Below, piece by piece: positions 33,211-43,599 of a stretch of DNA of 64,000 nt. The notes below the pieces were generated by a model that had not been told where the DNA came from, ran no database searches, and was given only the letters and a program-made list of their open reading frames with translations. The position numbers were made by a program, and so were the translations under genes. Every line of letters begins with the position of its first letter. The stretch's first letter is position 1. Source of the stretch: Neophaeotheca triangularis (Eukaryota); NCBI GenBank assembly GCA_054600435.1, contig BAAIJX010000015.1, positions 310,001 to 374,000 on the forward strand, written 5' to 3'.

Positions 33211-36200
33211 ATGAGCTACAACGGTAACTACTATGATCCCGTTGGGAGTCAATCGAATCAGCAACCCCGGGGATACCGATATCAGACCCCAGCCGGCTCG
33301 ACTTCCGCCTATCCATCGTCCACTACTGCGGCGAGCTACCAGGCGAGCAACTATCGTGGCTATGCGAATACCGCCGATTACTCCAATCCTCAACCGGCGC
33401 AAGGGAACAACAACCCGCAGGCCAGAGCAAGTGCTGCTTTAAATAATCTCACCACAGACTACAACCAGCCTCAGTCCAATACTTCCGCGAACGCCTTCAA
33501 TCAGTATAGCCGATCGAACTCTAGTTGGAACGATTCCATGTATCCTTCCAGCTCCTACGGCTCAGCAGTCCCTCAAGCGAAGGCCTCAAATCGTGCTCAA
33601 AGCAATGCGTCGCCGATATATGCCAGCAATAACAACGCGCCGGGCGCGAGTACTTTGGGTAGACTCAGCTATTCCACCGACCCAGCGCCAGCGACAACGA
33701 TGAATGACCCTTCACACTATCCATCTCACAGTTATGCTAGTCAATCTGGGACTACAGCACCTGCTCAGACGTATCAACAAGGGTACGCGCAAGCCGGCCA
33801 GCAGAGTCAGCCACCGCGATACAACAGTCCCTTGCAGGCAGTACAAGCTCAACAGCAACAACGCGGCCACGCCAGGCAGCCGTCACGTAGCTCAGAGGCT
33901 CAGCCACCGCCACAACTGAATTCGCGGCCAGTACAGCAGTCAACGCAGCAAAGACATCAGAGCATGTCGGTGGGGCCATCCAACACTACGGTTGATCCTT
34001 CTCAGGTCTACGATTTCCGTGCGGAGCAACAGAGAAAAGCTCAGATCGAGGCGGAGAAGCGACGCAAGACAGAGGAGGCAGAGGCAGCACGTAAGGCGGA
34101 AGAGGAAAGGGTGGCAGCGGTGAAGAAAGCAGAGGAGGATAGAGCAACGGCGGCCAAGAAGGCGGAGGAAGATCGTGTAGTCGCTGAGAGGGCAGAGACG
34201 GAGCGAAAAGAGCGCGAGGCGCGCGAAGCGGCTGCGTTCGAAGAAGCGGTTGCGAAGAAGAAGGCGGAGGCCACGGCGAAAGCTGAAAAGAAACGCTTGG
34301 CCAGGGAGGAGAAGAAGCAGAGTAAAACCGCGGCCACCGCTTTGCAAAAGATGGCTTCTAGCGGAGGGGAACCCTCTGCTTTTGTTCCGGCTGCTCCACC
34401 CGCAGCAGCTGAAGAGCCAGCGCCACCTGTGGATGAGGAAGCCGAGATGCGCGCTATGTTTCAGAAAATGAGGGAGTACAATCAAAAGAATCCAGCTATG
34501 CTTGCGAGGCTGTGGGACGAAGAGCGAAAGATGCATAATCCACAGAGTCCGCCTCAAACCCGAAATGCAGAGCCTGCGAGACCAGCCAACCCACGAGCCC
34601 GTCAATCTTCTACTAACGCAGTTTCACCAAATACTGCTTCTCATGGTATGCCCACGCCTGCGCAGAATGACAGACCAGGCGCAACGGCGCCACAGCCTGC
34701 AAGCAAAAAAGGCCAGAGCCAGCGTGCACCACCTCCACTTCCACCAATGGTTTGGGCACCTGGCCGCAAAGGATATGTTGCAGAGCACGCCACAAAATGG
34801 GTGCTGTCGCAGCCGGGAAACATTGGCAAAAAGCTCTCGTCCGATTTTGTGGTAAGGCTGTTGGACGCCAACCCCTCCTATGTGCAGCTTTGCGAGGCGC
34901 TCGAAGCAACCACTCTCACCATCGACCGTGCAGCATTCGCTAGAGAACTTCTTAAAGCTGTTCCACACGTCTTCAGCGCTAAGAAATCAGCGGCGGCTCC
35001 TTCCAATCAAGGTCCTCCCCGCCAAGGTACTGCTCAGGGGGCCGCACGAGGCGACGCAGCTGTTGATCTGACGAGTCCGCCACCTGAAAGACAGCAGAAA
35101 ACGACGGTAGCGTATGAGACTCCCAGGTGCTCAGCGGTTCCGAGGATCTCATCACTTCGAGACGCAGCCAATGAGGTCAACAATATGTCCGCCGCTCCTC
35201 AGCAGCCTGTAACTTCTTTGAGCACCTACACTGGACCTGGTCCAAGTTCCGGTCATCAAAGCCCATATTTTGCTCAGCCAACAGGCGTGTCCAACGGGAG
35301 TCGGCCGCCATCGCAATCTCAGCCTCCGCCGCAAGTTTCCGAACCTCCTCCGAAGAAGCCGCCTTCACCGCCCCCTCGCCCGCCAGCTAATAAAGAAGAA
35401 GCGGCGCGCAAACGTACTTTCGGCGACCTAGTTGACCTTACGATGGGAGATTCGGACGAAGAAGCACCGCCCAAGAAGATCCCACAGACTGCCGCGAACA
35501 TGGCGTCTACTGGCCGCCCTGTCGCTCATCAACAGGCGCAAGTCGATAGAACTTGGAGCAGTGGTATTGACAAAGCTTTCGCGCCTATACTGCACGGGGA
35601 CACAAAAGGTTTACAGCCCGGCCGAGGACCGATTCATCCCTCGGGGCCTTCTGTTCATCGAGTAGGGTCTGCCCAAGCGTCGCTAGAAGAGCAACGCCGA
35701 CTTGCGGGAATTCCCGATCATTTGAAGTTTGTTACTACTGCTACATCTGAAACACCGCCAGCGAAGATGTCTCAGAGGCCAAAGGGTCCCTCGCTCGAGA
35801 CCGTGCAGAAAGAGCGAATCAAGGGCAAACTGCTGGTGGAGCCTATCATGCGAGACCGTGTAGCGCGCAGGTCGACCTACGACCATCGTACCATTGCGCG
35901 TGATGTTCTCTTGGCGACAGGCCGTCACCCGGACATGCGAGGTCTCAATGGTCACCTGAGCACTATGCAGAAGATGTTAGGGGAGCAGGGGGGCATGTTC
36001 GACAGCGGCAACCGCGCAGATCTCGCGACCATTCGCTGGGATGTTCTAGATCCGGATCCTCCAAAACCTGCGGCTATTCAATCGAGAGAGATCAAGCATA
36101 AAGGGGCAAAGCCCGCCGAAGAGAGCATTGTGCCCGCCGTGAACGATGCGACTCTTGATGGAGAAGATGCGGACGATGAAGGTGATTTTGTTGTTCCTTC

Positions 36201-37448
36201 ACCAAAAGCGTTGTCACGGCAACAGCCTGCGAAAGACATGAGTCATGCACCGAAAGCTCAAGCCCAAGCTCCTCCATCAACGTTCCCGCTCGGACTCACC
36301 AAGGCTGGAAAGCCCAGGAAGCGCCCCGGTCGGAAGCCACGCGCGCACTTAGCTGCAAACACCATCAACGCTTCAGTCAAAGGTCGAACTTCGCCGTCAG
36401 TACGCGTCAATTCAACTCCGCGACAAACGCGCGACCACAGCACGCCCGCGTCAGCACCCGCAAACGCAAGCGCCAGCGTCATGGCACCATCGGGCACGCC
36501 TGTCGGCTACGCTCAGTTTCGCCAACTTGACGCCGATGGGAATGCAGTCAAGAAGAAAGGTCGCCCAGTCGGCTGGCGCAAGGATGTCCATTCCCGTCAA
36601 GCTGCAGGGCTCACTCCAGCCCAACCGGGTGGGCATGGCCCCGCCTCTAGTGGCCCCAGAAGCAAGCGAACCTCTACGAACAAGGAAGCGTCAGTACCGG
36701 AACCTCATTATGAAATCTACAACTGCGAGTGGCAAGGCTGCGAAGCTGAGCTGCACAATCTCGATGTCCTGAAGAAGCACGTTCTGAAGGTGCACGGCAA
36801 GCCTAGTGAGGAAGATGTTTTTGAGTGTTTATGGACCGACTGTCACCATTCGACTAAGCACATCAACCGCCAGGGCAAAGCCAGCTCGACTTCGCCAGCA
36901 TCCTTCAAGGACGTCAGCGAGTGGCTCAAGCACATCGATCGCGCACATTTACTAGCGGTGGCGTGGAAGCTAGGCGATGGCCCCAGGGGGGGTCTTTCCG
37001 GTAAGTCGCTCGCATGAGTCCAGAGGTCGCTTCAACGTACTGATGTACCATCTGCTAACAGATGTGTCTAGAGACTCACGACTCTGAAGGCCCGTACGGG
37101 TCTGAAGCCTATCTTTCCGACGCCAATGGCCGTTCTGCCACTCCTGTCTTGCGTGCCAACATCGATCCCAACGGCCAAGGCGCCTCTCAGACTCTGCCTT
37201 CGCGCGGTTTTAAGGCGAAGAAGGACCCGCGTGCGGCTGAGGCGGAGCTGAAGGAGCTCAAGTCGTCTTTGAAAGCAGTCGGCTATGAGCTCGGAAGTCA
37301 AGGCAGCAAAGTTGTTAATGGCAGCAGCATTCTTGGCTTCCTGGACGACGAGAATTTCTACGACGTCGTGGAAGTGCGCGGTGAGAGCTCGAGTGAAGAA
37401 GATGAAAATGAGAGCGGCAATGAGATGGAGGAAATGGAGGTTGAGTAG
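33211..37448 (+). CDS. Large low-complexity nuclear protein with a coiled coil, AT-hook-like motifs and C-terminal C2H2 zinc fingers; exons 33211-37000 and 37072-37448
   Basis: Q/S/N-rich N-terminus, E/K/A coiled coil, KRPGRKPR and KKGRPVGWRK, CEWQGC..KKHVLKVH and CLWTDC..KHIDRAH. Intron GTAAGT..CTAAC..TAG restores the frame. Confidence 0.8.
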
Positions 37449-37878
37449 GCGAGTGCTTCCGTTGAGCGGATCAGATATGGCTATTGTGGCCACTCGAAGG
37501 CGAGCATGATCCATCACGATGAATCGAAGAGCCAGCAAGCAGCCATGCGATGATAATGCAGGTACTAGTAGTCCTGCGCCTGTGCATTCAGGCTCACAAC
37601 GATATTTAATAGCAGCCAAATGTATCTCCGAAACACCCTGCATGGTTCAGAATGTGATCCCAAACGCCTCGCTAACCTGATACCCGCACCTTCCTTGCGT
37701 ATGTGGCTTGACCGCATGTTTTCGACATTGACAGCCATCGCAGCCGACCTTCGTTCCTCCCACAATGTTTGCCCTATACCCGGCCACCTCCAATCACTGC
37801 AGCCTCCTCATCGACCCAGCTGCCTATCGACCATTCAGCGCAGTCCTTCTCCAGCCACAGTTCCCACAGATTTCCCCT

Positions 37879-38049
37879 TCAACCCCTCACCACCTTCCCA
37901 GTGCCAGGAATGGCATCCGCCTGCCTCTCCTTGCTGACATCGTCCGAGTCTTTGGCGTTGATCTCCAGAAAGTGGTACAGGACGATCATGAGCATTGCCG
38001 CGCTGCCGAGGAAGACTGCTAGGCTGTAAAGGGAGCTGTCCGAGATCAT
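37879..38049 (-). CDS. OST4: Oligosaccharyltransferase small subunit Ost4 (56 aa)
   Basis: MISDSSLYSLAVFLGSAAMLMIVLYHFLEINA matches the Ost4 signature MIxDxxL...LG...LIVxYHF with a single TM. Confidence 0.9.
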   Translation of the reverse strand: MISDSSLYSLAVFLGSAAMLMIVLYHFLEINAKDSDDVSKERQADAIPGTGKVVRG

Positions 38050-38315
38050 GTTTGCGATGTTTCGACCGGGAAGGCTTTGGGTTGGTATGGGCTGGTCTCT
38101 GTATCGACGGATTCGGGGTCGGTGGGTCTGATTGTTTGGTGGGCTTGAGCGGAGCTGGAGGTATTGTAATGTATTGGGTGTCTCTCTGGACAGTTTTGGT
38201 TGTTCAATGGGTTGGGTTGTACTGTACGTAGTGTAGCTCTCCATCTCTACAGCCAGCTGTACCTGGCGACTCCAAGTCTTGGCAGATTATAGCAGCCTGA
38301 GGCAGCACAATAGCA

Positions 38316-38324
38316 ATCGATAAG
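38316..38324. promoter_or_regulatory. ATCGATAAG motif in the OST4/TMA46 divergent promoter
   Basis: Identical to the 9-mer at 27213-27221 upstream of NMD3. Confidence 0.4.
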
Positions 38325-38630
38325 CAACCTCGCCGAGAACCCCGCGGGCACTTTCTCAATAGTGCGTCACTTGAGCGTCTGCAGTTTTGACAACAGCCAA
38401 TTTCAACTCTCAACTTCACTTCGTCGTTCTCGCTCCCTGGTCGCGTGACTTGCTCCATACTTTTCAGATAATTCACATGGAGAGCTTTCCCTCGCCTCTC
38501 GTCTGAGCTGTGCGCGCCTTGCAGCTTGATTATCCCTCGTCAATTACCGAGCCTCGACACTTTACCCCGGAACGAATATAACTATACAACCGCCTCGTCG
38601 GCCGCGAAATAAATTCCATAAACCGTCAAC

Positions 38631-39692
38631 ATGCCGCCAAAAGGGAAGCAACAGGAGCCTAAGAAGGCCAAACCAACGGTCGATGACAAGACTTTTGGTA
38701 TGAAGAACAAGAAGGGTAGTGCGGCGCAGAAGCAGATTCAACAGATCAAAGCATCCACGGCATCCAGCAAAAGCGATGCGGAGAAGAAGAAGGCCGCAGA
38801 AAAGGAGCGGAGGGAAAAAGAGAAGGCAGCATCCGAGCAGGCCAAGAGAGAGGCTGCCGAGTTGTTCAAGCCAGTGCAAACACAAAAGGTACCCTTTGGC
38901 GTGGACCCCAAGACGGTGGTGTGTCAGTTTTTCAAAAAGGGGCATTGCGAAAAGGGCAAGAAGTGCAAGTTCTCCCACGACCTGGAGGCTGGTCGCAAGG
39001 CCGAGAAGAAGTCGCTGTATACCGACACGCGCGAGGGCGAGGAGGCGCCCGAAGAGGAGAAGAAGAAGAAGGACGACATGTCCGAGTGGGACGAGGAGAA
39101 GCTGCGCTCCGTTGTCATGAGCAAGCACGGCAACCCCAAGACGACCACGGACAAGGTGTGCAAGTTTTTCATCGAGGCCGTCGAGAACCAAAAGTATGGC
39201 TGGTTCTGGACTTGTCCCAACGGCGGCGACAAGTGCATGTACAAGCACAGCTTGCCGCCGGGTTTCGTGCTCAAGACCAAGGAGCAGCGTGCTGAGGAGA
39301 AGGCCTTGATGGACAAGAGTCCGTTGGCGACCCTGACGATCGAGGATTTCTTGGAGAGCGAGAGGCACAAGTTGCAAGGCACCTTGACCCCGGTCACGGC
39401 GGAGAGCTTTGCCAAGTGGAAGCAGGAGCGCGTGAACAAGAAGACGGCCGAGGAGGAGGCCAAGAAGCTGAAGGATGCCACTGGTAGGGCTATGTTCGAG
39501 AAGGGTGGCTGGGAAGCCAGCGACAGTGAGGATGAGGATGATGACGATGGCGTCTGGAACTTGGAGGCTATGAGACGGGAGACGGAGAACGCTAGAGCGA
39601 AGAAGGAAGAAGAGAGGCTCCAGGCAGCTGGCGGAGGAGGCGACATGGTCGCTGTGGCGGGGGAACCCAACGGAAATGTCGGCGACTCTTAA
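38631..39692 (+). CDS. TMA46: Translation machinery-associated protein 46 (ZC3H15/DFRP1 family, two CCCH fingers)
   Basis: DKTFGMKNKK, QKVPFGVDPKTVVCQFFKKGHCEKGKKCKFSHD, VCKFFIEAVENQKYGWFWTCPNGGDKCMYKHSLPPGFVL. Confidence 0.95.
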   Translation: MPPKGKQQEPKKAKPTVDDKTFGMKNKKGSAAQKQIQQIKASTASSKSDAEKKKAAEKERREKEKAASEQAKREAAELFKPVQTQKVPFGVDPKTVVCQFFKKGHCEKGKKCKFSHDLEAGRKAEKKSLYTDTREGEEAPEEEKKKKDDMSEWDEEKLRSVVMSKHGNPKTTTDKVCKFFIEAVENQKYGWFWTCPNGGDKCMYKHSLPPGFVLKTKEQRAEEKALMDKSPLATLTIEDFLESERHKLQGTLTPVTAESFAKWKQERVNKKTAEEEAKKLKDATGRAMFEKGGWEASDSEDEDDDDGVWNLEAMRRETENARAKKEEERLQAAGGGGDMVAVAGEPNGNVGDS

Positions 39693-39856
39693 TCTTCGCA
39701 TATGGATGAGACAGCTTTGTCTTCCTCTCTAAAGGCGTTCAAAAACGGATAGATGGGATTCATGAGCCATTAATGTCTCATGAAAGTTTTGAAACATTAT
39801 TGCTGTTTGTTGCTATCTATCTTAGCACTAGGGTATCATATCTAAACACGAAACAG

Positions 39857-41107
39857 TCATGGCATCCAAAAAGGAATCTCATCCATGCCTGCGCCGGGCT
39901 CCTTCTTGACTTTCCCCTTTTGCTCACCGTCTTTGCGTTCACGCTCTTTTTTCTCCCTCTCTGCCATGCGCTTAGCGAGGAATGAGAGGGCTTGCGTGCT
40001 GCGTTGGCTGCGAGCCGGCATGTCGTCGAAATCCAGTGCAACATCGGTGTCGGGTCTTTCTTTTTTGACAGAGGGGGTTGGCGCTGGCTTGACGGGGTCT
40101 GGCTTCGTGGCTTGCTCCGAACGGGCAGTGTATTGCGGTGGTGGTTTCGGGGCCTTATCAGAGTCCGCAAAGCTCTTGGAAACGCCGAGACAGCTCTCTT
40201 TCTTCACGGGCGGTCGTTTGTTCTCTTTTTCCCGGCTGATGTCCCTGCTCGGCTTCTGCAGGGGGCTTCGGCGGCTAGCCTGCGGTTTCATGCTGGGTTG
40301 TCGCGATTTGAGAACTTGCGCGTCGAGATCGTCGTCCTCTTCCTCCGTCTCTTCTTCCTCTGCCACATTCCCACGCCTACTCGGCCCGACCCCAACTCCA
40401 TCAACCACAGACACAGACATCCTCTCCAGTGGCGTAGAGCTCCTTCTCCGCGCCGCTTTCCCAGCACCATTCGCCCCCCTCACCAACCCCGTCAAATCCC
40501 TCCTCTCCCTCCCCAGCCCACTCATCAACTCAGCAAGCTGGGCATCATGCTTCCAAGGCTCATCCTCAACCACCTCCTCCCCCTGCTCCTCATCCGCAGC
40601 TCTCTCCTCCCGCGCGACCTTCTCCTGCGCCGCCGCCTCCTCCCGCAGCTTCAACCCAGCACCCTTCTCCACCCTGGCATCCACCGGCCGCGCGATTTTG
40701 GCCAGAGCTCCATCACCCCTAGACCGCGCCAGCTGCTTAAGCCGCACGTACTCAGCGTGGTGTATGTGACTGGTGAAGAGGCGCGCGGTCGACAGCAGCT
40801 CGTCCTCCACCATCATCCAGGCGTCATCCTGCTCCCAGCCTTCGCGCATGGGTTCCACAGTCGGGGGAGCGGGAGGTGGGGAGGTTGAAGGAGTGCGCGG
40901 GCGCGTCTTGCGAGCGGGTGGTGTGGAGGGGGGTGCATCGGTTGGGTTGATTGGGTTGAGGGGGTTGAGATCATCGTCCAAGACGGCTCCGTTGGTTGGC
41001 GGGGTGGTTTTGCGCTTTTTGGTCGCGGGCGCTGGGTTTGAGGAGACGGTGGAGGTTCCCGGTTGGGTATTGCGCGCTTCCACTACCCATGGCAGTTTGC
41101 GAGGCAT
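39857..41107 (-). CDS. Hypothetical protein (mostly disordered, probably nuclear)
   Basis: 416-aa ORF with coding-like bias, an NLS-like KKRK and an ordered block DDAWMMVEDELLSTARLFTSHIHHAEYVRLK. Confidence 0.75.
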   Translation of the reverse strand: MPRKLPWVVEARNTQPGTSTVSSNPAPATKKRKTTPPTNGAVLDDDLNPLNPINPTDAPPSTPPARKTRPRTPSTSPPPAPPTVEPMREGWEQDDAWMMVEDELLSTARLFTSHIHHAEYVRLKQLARSRGDGALAKIARPVDARVEKGAGLKLREEAAAQEKVAREERAADEEQGEEVVEDEPWKHDAQLAELMSGLGRERRDLTGLVRGANGAGKAARRRSSTPLERMSVSVVDGVGVGPSRRGNVAEEEETEEEDDDLDAQVLKSRQPSMKPQASRRSPLQKPSRDISREKENKRPPVKKESCLGVSKSFADSDKAPKPPPQYTARSEQATKPDPVKPAPTPSVKKERPDTDVALDFDDMPARSQRSTQALSFLAKRMAEREKKERERKDGEQKGKVKKEPGAGMDEIPFWMP

Positions 41108-41486
41108 CTTTGTTGAAGTGGTCTGGTGGTTGTGGGTGGAGTGAGCTCAGCCGGCGCATAAAGTATGCTTTGCGCGCTTTGTTCGCGATGGCAATGCCTT
41201 TTGCTTTCGTGGCGCTTCTGCGGTTGCTAGCATGTCGTGGGAGTTGGTGGCAATGGGGAGACTTGTCGGGGTCTACCGGGGATCAATCCGAATCTGTTGG
41301 TGATTGTGCGAATAGAAGTGCGGGACTATGATTCTAAAGTTGACTTATAGACCGGATCTGACAAGTAGGCAGGCAGCCGCGTGCATCTCCAACTCTGACC
41401 CTATGGTATAGAAGAACTTCAATCAAGCAATTTAAGGACCTTCCCATAAAATTGAAAGAGTCGAACATCTTCTCAACCAAATCAAA

Positions 41487-42306
41487 ATGCTAGCATTGGC
41501 ACTAAAGGCAGAGCTCGAGGGGTACGCAAGCCCCGAACTCCCAAATACGCTCCTACCTTGATGGCCACGGCTAACACCAACCCCCAAAAAGCGTGACGGA
41601 CCTCCAACCAGAAGACACGCCAGAAAACCCCTTCTACTACACATTCAAAGTACAGTGCACATCCTGCCGAGAAGTCCACCCGAACTGGGTCTCCATCAGC
41701 CGATTTGTCCGTCGCCCCATCGCCTAAACACCCTCACTATCACTCCGCACATCCCGCCACTGCCAGCTGCTACTCACTAACCACGGCAAACAGGAGCAAA
41801 ACGAGCAATCCGGCAGCAGGGGCGAAGCGAATTTTGTCTGGAAGTGCAAGAACTGCAAGGTTTGTCGTTTCTACCGAAACCAAACCCCTCCCCCTTCAAA
41901 ACGAACGAGAGGCTAGAAACTGACATGTGGGGCCACCAGAGAGAGCACACAGCCAACATCATCGACGCGCCCAAAGTCTACCCGCGCCAAGATGTTCCCA
42001 AACAGGTCAAGCTGCTGACGATGGATTGCCGGGGTCTGGAGTTTGTCGAGTTCAAGCCCGATGTGAGTCTTTCTTCATCCTTTCTACCTTTCGAGGCCGG
42101 TTTGGGGGGAAGGCTGTGCGGGTTTGAACAGGGAGAAGCTGATACTTGAATTCCTTTTCTAGGGAGACTGGAAGGCTACTGGTGTCGACTCTGGAACAAA
42201 GTTCACGGGCATTGATCTGACCGAGGGGGACTGGTATGATTATGACGAGAAGGCCGGGGAGGAGGTCAGTATCAAGGAGATGCAGTGGGAGATTCGGAGA
42301 GCGTAG
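41487..42306 (+). CDS. DUF866 / CXXC-motif zinc-binding protein (C1orf123/UPF0587 family); exons 41487-41521, 41592-41706, 41794-41859, 41940-42062, 42163-42306
   Basis: Spliced product MLALALKAELEGVTDLQP...FKVQCTSCRE...SGSRGEANFVWKCKNCKREH...DCRGLEFVEFKPDGDW...GDWYDYDEKAGEEVSI. Four canonical introns. Confidence 0.93.
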
Positions 42307-43599
42307 GTTATGACGGCGAGATGCCGTTGGTTTACGACAAGTCGAAAGCAAACTCTAAGCGAGGCTCGATGTTACCCCTGTTCGGAGTGCTAGTAGCTTA
42401 TGTGTAAGCCTTGGCTTGGTTCAGAGTTCGTGGAAGCACCGGATGCAGCGACGCAGAGCTCAACGGCCACTCTAAAGTCAAGAGCATCTCCACCAGGAAA
42501 GGCGGTTACTGCCGAGCGCGAGATATTTTCCCCTCGTCGGTCTCACCCCCTTTTGCCTCCCCTCACGAGCGTCGTCGTCCTGTATCCTCATCCGACTCAG
42601 TGCTCCCGATCGTAACCATCGTCTGGCCTCGGGTGATTGCACTTGCGTGGTATTCGTTTCTTCAGCGGTCTCAAGAATGGGTCTGGCTGAAGCTTCGACT
42701 TGGAAATCGGAGGCGAAGCACTCCTCGTCGATCGTCAAGTCATTGGGTTCACGTCCAGGGCGCTCGACGACAAGCTCAACTTGGCCCTTCGATACGAGTT
42801 GTCGATACGAGTTGAATTGTTGAAAGTAAGGATAGGACGGAGCGAGCGGAGGGTGTAAATAACAAGCCAAATCGATCGTCTGGTAATAGACGTTCTCGGC
42901 GGGAAGGTTAGGTAGGTTCTTCCACTCCAAGCCGCAACCAGCGCTACATTGACTAGCTAGGCTTATAGCAAAAGCGGAATCTAAGAGCAGCCTCAGGGGT
43001 CAAGTGAGGCTTTGCTGCCGAGAACTTCCTGGATTCCTCGTGAAGGAGCATAGACCCCTTTTCCCGGCTGACTTGAACACGAGATTACGTTTAAACATCG
43101 CTCGCTCTGTGACCGACAATGCCAGAGTTACTTCCCATGTCTGCTACTAATCCATTAGTAATAGACTCCGCTGCCTCGCTGTGAAAAAGAGAGCACAATA
43201 TCTACCTTGAATCAAACAGGCTACTCTAGAGACATCACCTCACCTCACCTCACCCCACCCTTGTAACCCCTCGGCGGCCTGGCAAGGCCGACTGACGATC
43301 GAACAATCATTGTAGAGTATAGAGAAACGCGAATGTCACTGCCATTGACAGATTTTCATTCACCAGTATTCACATGAGCTAGCTAAAGCGAAGCATTTCT
43401 CGCCGAAAGTGGTATCTCTTTTCCCACGAAACGAACCCTCGAACCCCGAACCCGCTGACTCAAATATCCCATTGTCAGTTCCGTTCGCCGTCGCTTGGAA
43501 TCCCAGCAAAACCGTAATAGTACGCGCTGTGCTTTGATTTAACGCCTTTGCACCCGTTACCCATACTGAGCGAAGTCTTGGCGATCCGCAGAGAGAAGT

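Noticed and set aside
38050..38244. 65-codon in-frame extension upstream of OST4
   Set aside because: Ost4 family proteins start at MI(S/T)D. The upstream ATG probably lies in a 5'UTR intron (candidate donor GTACAG at 38262) or outside the transcript.
38562..39701. 379-aa antisense ORF over TMA46 (similar shadow ORFs at 25304-26098, 39885-40888, and same-strand alternative frame 15602-16681)
   Set aside because: These are shadows of GC3-biased real genes and contain no recognisable domains.
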